Assembly: GCA_003518055.1 (NCBI GenBank) | Contig: DOZJ01000002.1 | Location: forward strand, 299,785-363,784 | DNA length: 64,000 nt | Direction of reading: 5' to 3' | From: Candidatus Falkowbacteria bacterium | GTDB taxonomy: Bacteria; Patescibacteriota; Patescibacteriia; UBA11705 | Shown here: in pieces, positions 28,740 to 39,163 of the stretch | Layout of the letters: each line of letters starts with the position of its first letter | How positions within the stretch are numbered: the first letter of the stretch is position 1 | Notes under the pieces: generated by a model | Told to the model about the DNA's origin: nothing | Database searches by the model: none | Seen by the model: the letters and a program-made list of their open reading frames with translations, nothing else | Program-made: the position numbers and the translations under genes

Positions 28740-28768
28740 TTGACAAGTCGTCCGATTTGATTTATAAT
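28740..28768 (+). promoter_or_regulatory. Consensus promoter TTGACA-N17-TATAAT
   Basis: ttgacaagtcgtccgatttgatttataat. Confidence 0.6.
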
Positions 28769-28819
28769 TAATAATTCGATTTTGAGCCAACCCGATTGAA
28801 GACAGGAAAGGATCGCCAC

Positions 28820-29233
28820 ATGATCGGCTTTCACCTCACCGTGCCCGGTCGCAGTTTGTCTTGGTTGCAGCGCTTTACCGAGCGCAACATGATGCCGCTT
28901 GATGAACTTCAATGGCGGATTCTAGCGCGGCTGATGAGCGGCCGCCATTATTCCTACAACCATGGTAAGGTCGTCGTGTATCCATGGAAAGTTCTCAAAG
29001 AGTATAAGTGTGACCTCGAATCCACGGTCGCTCAGTATGGTTGTATTCCAACGATCGATGTTGCGATGCGGGTGCTTCCCCAGCCGTTTACCGGCCAGCC
29101 GCAAGTGATGCAGCTGGCTTCGGGCGGAGGGGTTCATCGTGATATCAAAGAAGCGGCTAGACAGATTGTTCATAATCATTTGATCGCCAGACTGAGAGAA
29201 AGACATATCCGGTTTGAAGCTTATATCATTTAA
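28820..29233 (+). CDS. Hypothetical protein (137 aa; start trimmed from the ORF-track TTG to ATG 28820)
   Basis: AGGAAAGGA Shine-Dalgarno; monocistronic between a consensus promoter and a terminator; GC about 52%. Confidence 0.5.
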   Translation: MIGFHLTVPGRSLSWLQRFTERNMMPLDELQWRILARLMSGRHYSYNHGKVVVYPWKVLKEYKCDLESTVAQYGCIPTIDVAMRVLPQPFTGQPQVMQLASGGGVHRDIKEAARQIVHNHLIARLRERHIRFEAYII

Positions 29234-29255
29234 CTGCTAATCAGCAGTTTTTTTT
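29232..29255 (+). terminator. Rho-independent terminator AACTGCTAATCAGCAGTT + T8
   Basis: Overlaps the stop codon of the preceding ORF. Confidence 0.7.
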
Positions 29256-29312
29256 CGCTGAATTTTTATGGTGATTGAAAAATCAGCCGGATGTTGATAA
29301 TATGGTATTGAT

Positions 29313-30053
29313 ATGACCACCAAAAATCTCCAAACCATCACTCAAAAAAGCTACGATCGCATTGCGCGGCAATTCTCTAAATCCCGCAAGTACGTCTGGT
29401 CTGACCTGGCGATATTTTTGGCTTATATAAAAGATGGCGACAAGGTGCTTGACCTCGGCTGCGGCAGCGGCCGGCTGATTAGTTTGCTTAAACCCAAAAA
29501 AATTGATTATCTGGGGGTAGATTTTAGCCGCGAGTTGATAAAACAAGCGAAAGCGAATTATCCCGATAGAAAGTTCAAAGTTGGCAATGCGTTGACCATG
29601 AAATTTAATCATCAATTCGATGTGATAATCAGCGCCGCAGTCTTCAACCATATGCCGGATGACGCCTCCCGCCGCCTGTTCCTGCGCCATGTGTCTCTGG
29701 CCTTGAAACCCGGCGGTTATTTTCTCATGAGCAATTGGAACTTGTGGAATGACAAGAATAAAAAAGGCGTGAACTTTTTTACAAAAATTAAACAGCAGTT
29801 GTCCGGTGAAGAATTTTTACAAAAATTTGGCGTCAAAAAAACTGATTTAGCTCGCGGCGATGTCCTGACTGAGTGGGGGCAAGACGACATACTATATTAT
29901 TACGCGTTTACGCCGCCCGAATTGAAAAGGTTATTGGAACAGACAAAATTTAAACCGCTGAAAAATTATTATTCCTTCGACGGTCAACGATCAACCAAAT
30001 TCAAGGGGCGCAACATTATCACTATCGCGCAAAAGAAAAAAAGTGGTATTTAG
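29313..30053 (+). CDS. Class I SAM-dependent methyltransferase
   Basis: Motif I VLDLGCGSGRL. Confidence 0.8.
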   Translation: MTTKNLQTITQKSYDRIARQFSKSRKYVWSDLAIFLAYIKDGDKVLDLGCGSGRLISLLKPKKIDYLGVDFSRELIKQAKANYPDRKFKVGNALTMKFNHQFDVIISAAVFNHMPDDASRRLFLRHVSLALKPGGYFLMSNWNLWNDKNKKGVNFFTKIKQQLSGEEFLQKFGVKKTDLARGDVLTEWGQDDILYYYAFTPPELKRLLEQTKFKPLKNYYSFDGQRSTKFKGRNIITIAQKKKSGI

Positions 30054-30367
30054 TCCACTTTTTGTTTTTCAGGCGGGCGATGTTTATAGTAAAAAATACT
30101 GACCGTCCCAATCCAGCCGGCCGTAACTGCGAGTCCAATGGTTTGCCACATCAAAGCCGATGCCATGATGACTAATATCAGCCCGCAGGCAGTAATCATG
30201 ATTGACGCCACAGCTAGATTAACCGTATTTTCAAAGATTAAAACCAGAAAACCAACAAACAATTCCAGCATCAATAAAATGCTACTCACCGTTAAGGTAA
30301 AGACCGTAATCATCAAATTAACAAACAACGCCACCAGCTGAATCAAGAATCCGATGAAACTGAGCAT
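30050..30367 (-). CDS. Small integral membrane protein (3-4 TM)
   Basis: GGAGGA Shine-Dalgarno; highly hydrophobic 105 aa. Confidence 0.5.
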   Translation of the reverse strand: MLSFIGFLIQLVALFVNLMITVFTLTVSSILLMLELFVGFLVLIFENTVNLAVASIMITACGLILVIMASALMWQTIGLAVTAGWIGTVSIFYYKHRPPEKQKVD

Positions 30368-30480
30368 GTTTTCCTCCTGAATGAGGGATGAAATTTAAAT
30401 TAACAGTAAAATGTCCATTTGTCAATCAAAAATCCGGTTGTCAATTTTTTGTGGTATTGTTATAATGGTATTAGATTAAG

Positions 30481-31863
30481 ATGATAATTATGCACTTAAA
30501 TTACAAAAAAGTTTATTTTTCCGGCATCGGCGGTATCGGAGTGTCGGCTTTGGCCAAAATGTTTTATGGCGAAGGGGTCAAGGTTTTGGGGTCAGACTTG
30601 GCGCGCTCGGATATTACCGATGATTTGGAACGCTTGGGGGCCACCATTCACTATAAACAAATCAAAAAAAATATTGATAAGGATATTAATTTATTGATTT
30701 ATTCTCCGGCCGTGCCTGAAACCAATCCTGAGCGTGTCGCCGCGACAGAGCTGGGCATTGAACAAAAAAGCTATCCTGAATTTTTGGGTGAGCTCTCATT
30801 GATGATTGATACTATCGCTGTTTCAGGGACAAATGGTAAATCTACCACCACCGCTATGCTGGCTTCCATTTTGATTGAAGCCAAAGTCGATCCGATGGTA
30901 ATTATCGGTTCAAAGATGGGTAAGATCAAAGGCAATTTTCATGCCGGCAAGGGCAACAAGTTTGTGCTTGAAGCCTGCGAGTATCGCGGTCATATGCTTC
31001 ATCTCAACCCCGGCGCTATTATTTTGACCAATATCGAAGAAGATCACCTTGATTATTTCAAAGATTTGGCGCATATTATTGCGACCTTTCAGCAGTATAT
31101 CAGCCGCCTCAATGGCATCAACCAAATTTTGGTCATTAATAATGATGACTTGAACACCACCCAACTCAATTTGCCGAAATGCCAAATTGTCACCTACGCC
31201 ATCAATGAAACTGCCGATGTGCGCGCTGTCAACATCCAAGTTGAACCCGGCCGTCAAAGATTTTCTCTCGAATATCAAGGTGTGAACTTGGGAAAAATCG
31301 ACCTTCAAGTTCCGGGCAAGTTTAATATTTATAACGCGCTGGCGGCTGTTGCTTATTGTTTGAAAACTGGGATAGAGTTTGAGTGCATCAGGAAAAGTTT
31401 AAAAGCCTATACTGGTTTGTGGCGTCGGTTTGAAAAGATTTACGATGAGGAAGTAACGATTATTTCCGACTACGCTCATCATCCGACCGCGGTCAAAGCG
31501 ACCATTCAGGCGGTCAAGGATTTTTATCCCGGCCGGCGTGTGGTGGCGGTTTTTCAGCCGCATCAGCATGACCGAACCAAAAAACTGTTCAACGATTTTA
31601 TCGCATCGCTGCGTGAGGCCGATCGAGTGATTGTGTCGGAAATTTTCGATGTGGCCGGCCGGGAAGAAGCTTGTCTTTCCGTCAGTTCGGCCGACTTGGT
31701 AAAAAAATTGAATGAAGCCAAAACCGAATCGTCAGTTTACGCCAAGGATTTGGCCGATACTTTGACGCTGGTCAATGAAGCGATTATCGCCGGTGACGTA
31801 GTGTTAGTGATGGGCGCGGGTGATATTTACACGATTAGTAATAAAATTAAGTTGAAACATTGA
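30481..31863 (+). CDS. murC: UDP-N-acetylmuramate--L-alanine ligase
   Basis: GIGGIGVSALA and GTNGKSTTT motifs; 460 aa. Confidence 0.9.
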   Translation: MIIMHLNYKKVYFSGIGGIGVSALAKMFYGEGVKVLGSDLARSDITDDLERLGATIHYKQIKKNIDKDINLLIYSPAVPETNPERVAATELGIEQKSYPEFLGELSLMIDTIAVSGTNGKSTTTAMLASILIEAKVDPMVIIGSKMGKIKGNFHAGKGNKFVLEACEYRGHMLHLNPGAIILTNIEEDHLDYFKDLAHIIATFQQYISRLNGINQILVINNDDLNTTQLNLPKCQIVTYAINETADVRAVNIQVEPGRQRFSLEYQGVNLGKIDLQVPGKFNIYNALAAVAYCLKTGIEFECIRKSLKAYTGLWRRFEKIYDEEVTIISDYAHHPTAVKATIQAVKDFYPGRRVVAVFQPHQHDRTKKLFNDFIASLREADRVIVSEIFDVAGREEACLSVSSADLVKKLNEAKTESSVYAKDLADTLTLVNEAIIAGDVVLVMGAGDIYTISNKIKLKH

Positions 31864-31889
31864 ATTGCATATTGCGTTTAACTGTTAGG

Positions 31890-31935
31890 GTATAATTGAA
31901 ACTAAACGCTAAACCCTAAACTCTAAACGCTTGAA
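31890..31935 (-). repeat. Heptamer repeat block (reverse complement of 15462-15505)
   Basis: aactaaacgctaaaccctaaactctaaacgc. Confidence 0.5.
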
Positions 31936-31977
31936 TTTTTCGAGTTTTATCATTTATGATTTGTTATTTGTGATTTA

Positions 31978-32152
31978 TATGCAGGAGGAGAGACTATTAA
32001 AAAAACTGACGCAAAAAGCCCGCGTGCGGCGGCAGCAAAAACGGCGGGTTAGTCCTGCGTCTGGAACAACCAGCCGCGAAATTAAACGTCAAGAGCTGGC
32101 TATGAAGCGGAGAAAAATCAACGTCAAGGTTTCTGTCCGGATAAAAAAGTAG
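31978..32152 (+). CDS. Highly basic 57-aa protein (hypothetical)
   Basis: The ORF-track TTG start was trimmed to ATG 31978 (MQEERLLKK...); very Lys/Arg-rich. Confidence 0.35.
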
Positions 32153-32193
32153 CTGTTATTAACAGGGGGACGGTAGGGTGACAAATACTCCTC

Positions 32194-32385
32194 GTGTCAT
32201 GCTGAGGCTCTCGCCTGCCCACCGGCTTGTCTGCCGGAGTTTTAACGAAGGCAGAAGTTTTAACGTAGGTGGGAAGCATAGACGCGAGCCTTCAACTCAC
32301 CCTTCGATCCCGCCGCTCGCGAGCAGCGGGATCGAGTGCCCTGCCTACCGCCTGCCGGCAGGCAGGGCAGGCAGGCTCGGGGTAA
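32194..32385 (+). repeat. Dispersed structured element copy B plus an adjacent GC-rich palindromic segment
   Basis: CTCGCCTGCCCACCGGCTTGTCTGCCGGAGTTTTAACGAAGGCAGAAGTTTTAACGTAGGTGGG... is followed by GATCCCGCCGCTCGCGAGCAGCGGGATC and CTGCCGGCAGGCAGG palindromes. ORF 32178..32435 across it is rejected. Confidence 0.6.
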
Positions 32386-32452
32386 CAAATTATTTCACGC
32401 AGTACGTGACTGCGCTCAGAGTGACAAAAATTTAAACATCAATATTTTCAAT

Positions 32453-33403
32453 ATGCTGGATGACTTGAAACAAAAATATAATTTGGAGTTCAAAGCCGAC
32501 GAACCGCTGGCGGCTTATACGACTTTCAAAATCGGCGGCCCGGCCAAATATTTTATCGAGGTCAAGGATAAAGATGAATTAAAACGCGCCTTACTCGCGG
32601 CCAAAGAAAATAGCTTGGCGTATTTTATGCTGGGCGGCGGCAGTAATATTTTAATCTCCGATGACGGGTTTGACGGTCTGGTGATTAGATTGATCAGCGG
32701 CACTTGCCGGTTTGAAACCGACGGCTCAGCCGTTTGTTTTGCCGGCAATAATTGGGCCAAATTCGTCCGTGACGCCATCGGCCAAGGTTTTGGCGGGTTG
32801 GACTTTAGCGGCAATATTCCGGGGACGGTCGGCGGCGCGGTTCGCGGCAATGCCGGCGCCTATGGTCAAGGCGTGGGAGATTTTGTGGCTGAGGTGCTGG
32901 CGGTTGATCTCGCGGCGTCGGATGATTTTGTCCACTTGTCTCACGCGGATTGCCATTTTGATTATCGCGAAAGCGTCTTCAAACGCCAAACCGGGTTGAT
33001 TGTGGCGGAGGTAGCCTTCAAATTAACTCCAAGTGAAAAATCAAAAGAGGAATTGCTTCAGGCCATTGAAGCTGAGGGTCAATCCCGATGCGCCAAACAG
33101 CCGCTCAAGTATCCGAGCGCCGGCTGCTCATTCAAAAACGTTGTTTATACCGATGAATTATCAGCGTATAAAGATTGGGAGACTCACGGCAAAATTCCCG
33201 CGGCCCGATTTATCGAAGCCGCCGGTCTCAAAGGCAAGCAAATCGGCGGGGCCAAAGTGTCTGATGAACACGCTAACTTCATTATCAATGTCGATCATGC
33301 TACCGCTAGCGATGTGATTCAGCTGATCAGCCTCATAAAAATGAAAGTACGCGATCAATATGGCGTCCAGCTCGAAGAAGAAATCCAGTATGTCGGATTT
33401 TAA
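32453..33403 (+). CDS. murB: UDP-N-acetylenolpyruvoylglucosamine reductase
   Basis: FAD-binding YTTFKIGGPA...GGGSNIL; start trimmed to ATG 32453. Confidence 0.85.
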   Translation: MLDDLKQKYNLEFKADEPLAAYTTFKIGGPAKYFIEVKDKDELKRALLAAKENSLAYFMLGGGSNILISDDGFDGLVIRLISGTCRFETDGSAVCFAGNNWAKFVRDAIGQGFGGLDFSGNIPGTVGGAVRGNAGAYGQGVGDFVAEVLAVDLAASDDFVHLSHADCHFDYRESVFKRQTGLIVAEVAFKLTPSEKSKEELLQAIEAEGQSRCAKQPLKYPSAGCSFKNVVYTDELSAYKDWETHGKIPAARFIEAAGLKGKQIGGAKVSDEHANFIINVDHATASDVIQLISLIKMKVRDQYGVQLEEEIQYVGF

Positions 33404-33478
33404 CCTGAAATCACCACCCAACTATCAATCAATTTCAATGTATTTCTATTAATTTCAATTATTATTAACCCATTAATT

Positions 33479-33784
33479 ATGAAAACAAACATCAAAGGTA
33501 CGAATTTGGAATTGACTCCGGCCATCAGGAATTATGCCGAGGAGAAGCTGGGTAAAATTGACAAATATTTTGACAACATTCAGCAGATTGATGTTGATCT
33601 CGGTAAAACAACCAAAGGTCAGGCAAAGGGGGATATATTTTTTGCTGAGGTGAATGTCAGTGTTCCCGGCACCTTGCTCCGCTACCGCGAAGAAACCGAT
33701 GACTTGTACAAAGCGATCAATCAAACAAAAAAAGGCATTCAGTTGGAGCTCAACAAGTACAAAGAGAAACTGCGCCATCAATAA
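33479..33784 (+). CDS. hpf: Ribosome hibernation promoting factor / RaiA family
   Basis: MKTNIKGTNLELTPAIRNYAEEKLGKIDKYF is characteristic. Confidence 0.85.
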   Translation: MKTNIKGTNLELTPAIRNYAEEKLGKIDKYFDNIQQIDVDLGKTTKGQAKGDIFFAEVNVSVPGTLLRYREETDDLYKAINQTKKGIQLELNKYKEKLRHQ

Positions 33785-33793
33785 CATCAAAAT

Positions 33794-34414
33794 ATGAATT
33801 ATCGATCTGTGGTTAACACGGTTCGCCACTTCAAGGTTAATTTGGTCATTAAAATTTTAATCTTGTCTGATTTTATCATTTTAACTTCGAGCAATTTGTT
33901 GTCGCCGATTTTCGCCATCTTTATTGCCGAGCAGGTCCCCGGCGGCGATATCGAATCAGCCGGTGTGGCCGTCGCTATTTACGCTGTGGCCAAGGCGGTC
34001 AGCGAGGTGCCGGTTGGCGTCTTTATTGATAAACACAAAGGCGAACTTGATGATTTGTACGTCACTTTTATCGGGACAATCATGCAGGGCATCGTTTATA
34101 TCACCTTTATTTTTATTTCCAACATTTGGCAGCTGTTTCTCTTGCAAGCGTTGCTAGGTGTGGCCAGCGCGGTCGCGTACCCGGGTTGGTATGCGATTTT
34201 CACTCGTCATGTTGATTCAAACAAACAAGGGTTTGAGTGGAGTTTGTATGATGTCCTGATGGGTTTCGGTTATGCCGGAGCGGCGGCCTTGAGCGGTTTT
34301 ATCGCCGTCCGCTGGGGATTTAGTGCCATTTTTTCCGTCGTGGGTATAATGACCATCTGCGGTTCGAGTTTACTGGTTTTGATTCGAAATAAAATGAGAC
34401 TAGTCAAACCATGA
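33794..34414 (+). CDS. 6-TM membrane protein (MFS-like half transporter), hypothetical
   Basis: Hydrophobicity pattern only. Confidence 0.4.
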   Translation: MNYRSVVNTVRHFKVNLVIKILILSDFIILTSSNLLSPIFAIFIAEQVPGGDIESAGVAVAIYAVAKAVSEVPVGVFIDKHKGELDDLYVTFIGTIMQGIVYITFIFISNIWQLFLLQALLGVASAVAYPGWYAIFTRHVDSNKQGFEWSLYDVLMGFGYAGAAALSGFIAVRWGFSAIFSVVGIMTICGSSLLVLIRNKMRLVKP

Positions 34415-34498
34415 GTTATTCATAAGGGTATAATTTTTGTATAATTAAAAAGCCGCCCAGATTTATCGGGTGGTTTTTTGTAACCGCTAGTTTCGCGG

Positions 34499-35307
34499 TT
34501 AGAGCAGCAGTCTCGCCAGCAGGTATTCGATTGGATTGGGCGCGGCGAGCATTTGAATGATAATCGTTTTATCAATATTATTTTCTTCAATGCATTGACG
34601 GGCCTGATCAAATTCTTTGTGCTTGAATTTGAAGTAGCAGACCAGTGTCAAAACCAAATCTCGTTCGGCTTGTGACAGGTTATGTCCGTCAGTCAGGCTC
34701 AGAAGCATCGGCAAATTATTTTCAGTGCTGATGAAGTCCATGGCCACGAGATTCGTGAAGCAATACTTAACCAGATTGCCATGATCAGGATGCATGATTC
34801 CCAGTTCAAACGTCTGATAATATTGATAGACCACGCATGGTTTCTGAATATCCTTCAAGCGGCGATTTACGACCCTTTGGAGTTCAATCGCTGGCAGCAG
34901 ATCCGGCGCCAAATGGTAGAGATCAGCCGCCTGTTCGGATTTTTCTTCGCTAATCAGCTGGCTGAACATAGCCCGAAACATAGTGTCAAAAACAATGTTG
35001 TGTCTCGCGGCCAGAAGTTTGGCTTGGTCAATTTTACCGGCCAGAAGGTGGAGGGTGATTTCTTTTTCAGCGGTTTGGCGATAAAAACCATTATCACTAT
35101 CGCAGGGGTCAGCCAGCATACAGGCCAGCCGATAACACTCTCCAAGCTGGGGAGTAGACTGAGCTCGTTCCAGACAAGACTGCCAGTCGGTTACATCGAT
35201 CTCATCGGCCATATTCTTTTTACAGCCATTGGCGTAAAGCATCAAAGTATTTACACTGATAACGACGCCGAGCATCAATAAATAATAATGCAGATTGGTT
35301 CGTCGCA
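34499..35307 (-). CDS. Secreted hypothetical protein (start trimmed to ATG 35307 with a GGAGGA Shine-Dalgarno)
   Basis: N-terminal signal peptide MRRTNLHYYLLMLGVVISVNTLMLYANGC. Confidence 0.5.
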
Positions 35308-35394
35308 TGATTTTCCTCCGGTGGTTTTTGACCAAATATATTATCACAACCGCATTATCTTGTCAATAAAAAAATCAGCTGTTAGCTGATTACG

Positions 35395-36249
35395 TCATTT
35401 CCCAAGGCGCCATCGAAGAGCCAAGAATTCGTCATGGGTAATCCCATGGTTTCCGAGAGTGGCTTTGGGCTTATGGCGGCCGTGATAGTCTGATCCGCCG
35501 GTCCGAATCAAGTTGTTGCGATTGGCTAGTTCCACTAGGACATATTCCACTCCGCGGTTTTCCGCATGCTCTGTTTCCAGTCCATCGAGACCGGTCTCCA
35601 ACAATTCGGTGAAAATCAGTTCGTGTTTAATCGAATCCTTCAGCAGCAGTCGGCCAGAATGCGCCCACACAGCCACGCCACCAATTTCGTGAATCAGTTT
35701 GATCCCGTCATCCGGTGATAAAAACCGCTTTTTGTCATAGCTAGCGTGAGCCACGCCGCCTTTTTCTTGTTCTTGTTTGGCGGTTTCAGGCGACACGCCG
35801 CCGAATCGCTGCCGGTAATCACGGAGCCACAGTTTGAACTGGATTGGTCCTTTGGCCCCGACCGTTTTTTGCATTTCTTCGGGTGTCACATCCACGAGGC
35901 CGGCTGCGCGATATTTATTCATGGCTTCAATGATCCGAGAATTAAGAGCTCTCCAATTTGTCTGTAATACGTCGTTCAAAGTTTTTGCCGCCGGTCCGGT
36001 ATGATTGATGCCATAGCCCAGTAGATGTAAAACCTCGCCATGGCTGTAAACGCTGACTTCAATTCCGGCCAGACCATCCAGGTCAAATTCTTTGAGCGCC
36101 GCCGCGAATTCATCCAGTCCGAGATGGGAGTCATGATCAGTCAAACACACGGCTTTCAGACCAGCTTCTTTGGCTTTTCTGACTACATCACACGGCGAGT
36201 CAGCGCCATCAGAATAATGAGAATGCGTATGCATATCAACATCGCGCAT
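35395..36249 (-). CDS. PHP-domain metal-dependent phosphoesterase
   Basis: MHTHSHYSDG...CLTDHD motifs. Confidence 0.8.
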   Translation of the reverse strand: MRDVDMHTHSHYSDGADSPCDVVRKAKEAGLKAVCLTDHDSHLGLDEFAAALKEFDLDGLAGIEVSVYSHGEVLHLLGYGINHTGPAAKTLNDVLQTNWRALNSRIIEAMNKYRAAGLVDVTPEEMQKTVGAKGPIQFKLWLRDYRQRFGGVSPETAKQEQEKGGVAHASYDKKRFLSPDDGIKLIHEIGGVAVWAHSGRLLLKDSIKHELIFTELLETGLDGLETEHAENRGVEYVLVELANRNNLIRTGGSDYHGRHKPKATLGNHGITHDEFLALRWRLGK

Positions 36250-36349
36250 GGTTCCTCCATTGGTAGTGTCGTTTGCTGATTTTAACCATAGACAACGGAA
36301 ATGTCAAAGATAAAATTTTCGATCAAAAAACACCCGCAGATGCGTGTGT

Positions 36350-37807
36350 TTAGATTTTAATAAAGAATTTATTATCATGTGTCGGGCCGACTGATAGCAG
36401 CCGAATCGGCAATCCAAGTTTAGTTTGCAGCCAGCTGACGAATTTTTGTGCTGCCGGCGGTAAATCAGCCCATGATTTGGCGTCTCGGATATTTTGCGGC
36501 CAGCTATCAAATTCAACCATGTCATCAGGTTGGCAGTGCTTGAGAATCTGGGCCAGATCCGGTCCGCGTTCACAGTCCGGATTCTTGAAGGCCAAGATTT
36601 TGGCTGTCCCATCCGGCTGCGGCTCCCAGACAAAATATTTGTTCAGCGCGTCAGTCGGACCGGTGTATTTGTATGATACGCAGACTTTGATGGTCGGCCA
36701 GCCGGTCAGCTGATCGAGGCAAGTCAAGGCCAGCCAGTCAACGCCGTCGTTGGCCGCGATTGCGTATCTTGTTGCTAAGAGATCAAAATGGCCGACGCGA
36801 AATTCTCCGACCCAGTCGATGAGACCGTTCTGAGCTTCAGTCACGAATTCCTTCATCCCGGCATCTTCGCTCACAAAGGGTCCGGCCCCATGTCTGGTGT
36901 CATAACAGCGTTTGATTCCGACTTTTTCGATTTTATATCCGGGCCACGCGTTTTTATCGGCGGCCAACCCTAACAGCTCAAACGCCGGATGATATGTTAC
37001 TTTTGTTTTAGTGATGTGGGGTGTAAAACCGAATTTGCGGTCGAGCAGGATTCCTTGAGCTTGGGACATGATCAATGATTGTTGATTTTGCCGCAGCCGG
37101 TCAAGAATTTTTCTGGTCGATTCAATTCTGACTCGTGGATTGTTGATAAAAGAGCTGTAAAGGGATAGGAGTTTCCGGACCGTCTTATTAATCTTATATC
37201 GATCAAGCAAGTACTGGGCGTGTTTTCGATTCTCAGGATCTTTGATTTGCTCAACTTCAATCGCAGTCATTTTGGTCAACCGCTCCCGCATTGATGTCAG
37301 TCTTGATTCAAGGTCTGATCGGGGTCGGAACAAGTCTTGAATCGTGACGCTGAAACCGCCTTCATAGTCAAAGACTGCTTGCCCCACGCCGAGTCCGGTT
37401 GAACCGTTGCGCTTGTCTGCTCGGCTGAGTTCCAATACTCGATTATGCAGCTCATGCCATGGCAGGATGACGATTGCTTCCGGATCGATTATCAGGCGGT
37501 CGAGCGCGTCGGCGATGTTATTATGACGCAGATGGGCTTCTTCACCGAGCAGAGCATTTGGTTCGCAGAGAGATCGGTTTGAGATTAGATGCTCCACAGC
37601 GGGCAGAAAAGTGCCGGAGCCAAATTGTGACGCGCAATGCACCCGGCCATCCGGCTGGACCAAGTGGTGTCCGGCTTGATGAGCGCCGCAAAAACGGATC
37701 GACATTTTAATGCCGAAAAACCGCAGTAAAAATTCTTCAATCGTCCCTTTGCCGCAATCGCCGTAGCCGAGATCGCTGGAAACAAAAATAGTTGGTTCGG
37801 TGGTCAT
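36350..37807 (-). CDS. Adenylosuccinate synthetase (PurA) family enzyme, divergent and longer than canonical
   Basis: GDCGKGT P-loop; GAHQAGHHLV (compare GGHNAGHTLV); STGLGVGQAVFD (compare TTGRGIGPAYEDK); DTRHGAGPF (compare STRVGAGPF). Confidence 0.65.
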   Translation of the reverse strand: MTTEPTIFVSSDLGYGDCGKGTIEEFLLRFFGIKMSIRFCGAHQAGHHLVQPDGRVHCASQFGSGTFLPAVEHLISNRSLCEPNALLGEEAHLRHNNIADALDRLIIDPEAIVILPWHELHNRVLELSRADKRNGSTGLGVGQAVFDYEGGFSVTIQDLFRPRSDLESRLTSMRERLTKMTAIEVEQIKDPENRKHAQYLLDRYKINKTVRKLLSLYSSFINNPRVRIESTRKILDRLRQNQQSLIMSQAQGILLDRKFGFTPHITKTKVTYHPAFELLGLAADKNAWPGYKIEKVGIKRCYDTRHGAGPFVSEDAGMKEFVTEAQNGLIDWVGEFRVGHFDLLATRYAIAANDGVDWLALTCLDQLTGWPTIKVCVSYKYTGPTDALNKYFVWEPQPDGTAKILAFKNPDCERGPDLAQILKHCQPDDMVEFDSWPQNIRDAKSWADLPPAAQKFVSWLQTKLGLPIRLLSVGPTHDNKFFIKI

Positions 37808-37905
37808 GGGGCCTCCATGTTTAATTTTAAATGAACGGATTTAATCTTCAGAATAAAAATTGTTTGAACTTGGTTCAAACAACCTGTGTTTCTGGCAATT
37901 AAATT

Positions 37906-38919
37906 TTACAGCCAGTTGATTGAAGGTTCCGGCTTGGTCTTCGGCGACTTCAAAACTTTCAAGATATCCATAACCGTGTCGATTCGTTCGTCGGTCTGTT
38001 CTCGGGCTTTCATGTCCTCAGCATATTGCTCTGGTGTGCGTCCGCCGCTCATGATGATGTTGATTCCGAGCCAGACATCTGTCACCGGCCGGCAGTTTCG
38101 GCCCATCCTAGCGGTTTGCTTCAGGTGAGTGGGAATCTCGCTTGCGCCCATCACCTCACGATAATAATCTTTCATACACAAAACTCGGTGTTCACCCAGA
38201 AATTCTCTCCATTCAGCAATGATTTGTTTTTCATTCGGGCCGCTATTTCCGGGATTGATGTAGGGAATGTGAATGTGATAAACTTGGCCGTTGAAAAGCT
38301 TGTCAAGGCGGGCGATGACATCTTGAATGGATGTAGCCTCTACCTCTCCTCCGAGGTGCCGCTTCAGGTCTCGATCGTAGAGCTGCGCCCGTGCCCCTTC
38401 GTCACTGATGATAACGCAGGAACCGAATTTCAGATTGGGCAGGCTGGTGCGGTGAGCCAAGAGCCACAGAAGCAATTCTGGTGATTCTCGGCCATTGCCG
38501 CCGCCTGTCTGCGACCGGATCCAGACCCTCTCGAGACTGTCCTCAAGGTTGAATGGATCGACAAACTCACACATCTGAATCGGGGTGTTGTCGCTGTACT
38601 GGTCGGTCACATCGGTGAATACACCATAGCCAAGGCGGGGATCGCCGAAATGCTTTTTGAGCTGTCCGGAAATCAGAGCGCCCTTATCATGATGCATTTC
38701 CACGCCGACAGTCATCGAACCGGTTCCATCCTGAAGCAGAGCCATGGCAAATTCAGCTTCGCACACGATTCGGCGATTGGCGCATAGTAGAGCCGGATCA
38801 GCTTTTGATCGGTTGATTGATTGTTCCGCTTCCGCGGATGAGCCTCGTGGGAGATCTGATAAATATCTTGGGGTGACATCTCGGGTATAGACTCTATCTC
38901 CACTTTCATCTCTGGCCAT
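37906..38919 (-). CDS. vWA (MIDAS-containing) domain protein; start trimmed to ATG 38919 with a GGAAGGAGG Shine-Dalgarno
   Basis: DGTGSM MIDAS-like motif; shares an operon with the PurA-like gene. Confidence 0.5.
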   Translation of the reverse strand: MARDESGDRVYTRDVTPRYLSDLPRGSSAEAEQSINRSKADPALLCANRRIVCEAEFAMALLQDGTGSMTVGVEMHHDKGALISGQLKKHFGDPRLGYGVFTDVTDQYSDNTPIQMCEFVDPFNLEDSLERVWIRSQTGGGNGRESPELLLWLLAHRTSLPNLKFGSCVIISDEGARAQLYDRDLKRHLGGEVEATSIQDVIARLDKLFNGQVYHIHIPYINPGNSGPNEKQIIAEWREFLGEHRVLCMKDYYREVMGASEIPTHLKQTARMGRNCRPVTDVWLGINIIMSGGRTPEQYAEDMKAREQTDERIDTVMDILKVLKSPKTKPEPSINWL

Positions 38920-39163
38920 GTCCGCCTCCTTCCGTGGGAGCAATCCGGGCTGTGGTGGTGATTGTTTTTTGTGTCTTATATAAAGAACGTATTCATTATA
39001 ATTAAGCAGAAAAAAATATATTTGTCAATAATTTTGTTTTTAAAAGGGTATTTTTAGGGTTTTATTTGTGAATTTCTTTACCTGCAACTTCATTGGCTTG
39101 TTTTTCTTATCAGCGAGTGATATAATTTTTTCAGTCTAATTTATCAAGTATTTATTCTAAAAT

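Noticed and set aside
32178-32435. 85-aa ORF upstream of murB
   Set aside because: It coincides with the dispersed structured repeat and GC-rich palindromes. A near-identical sequence at 16640-16726 is intergenic and not in frame.
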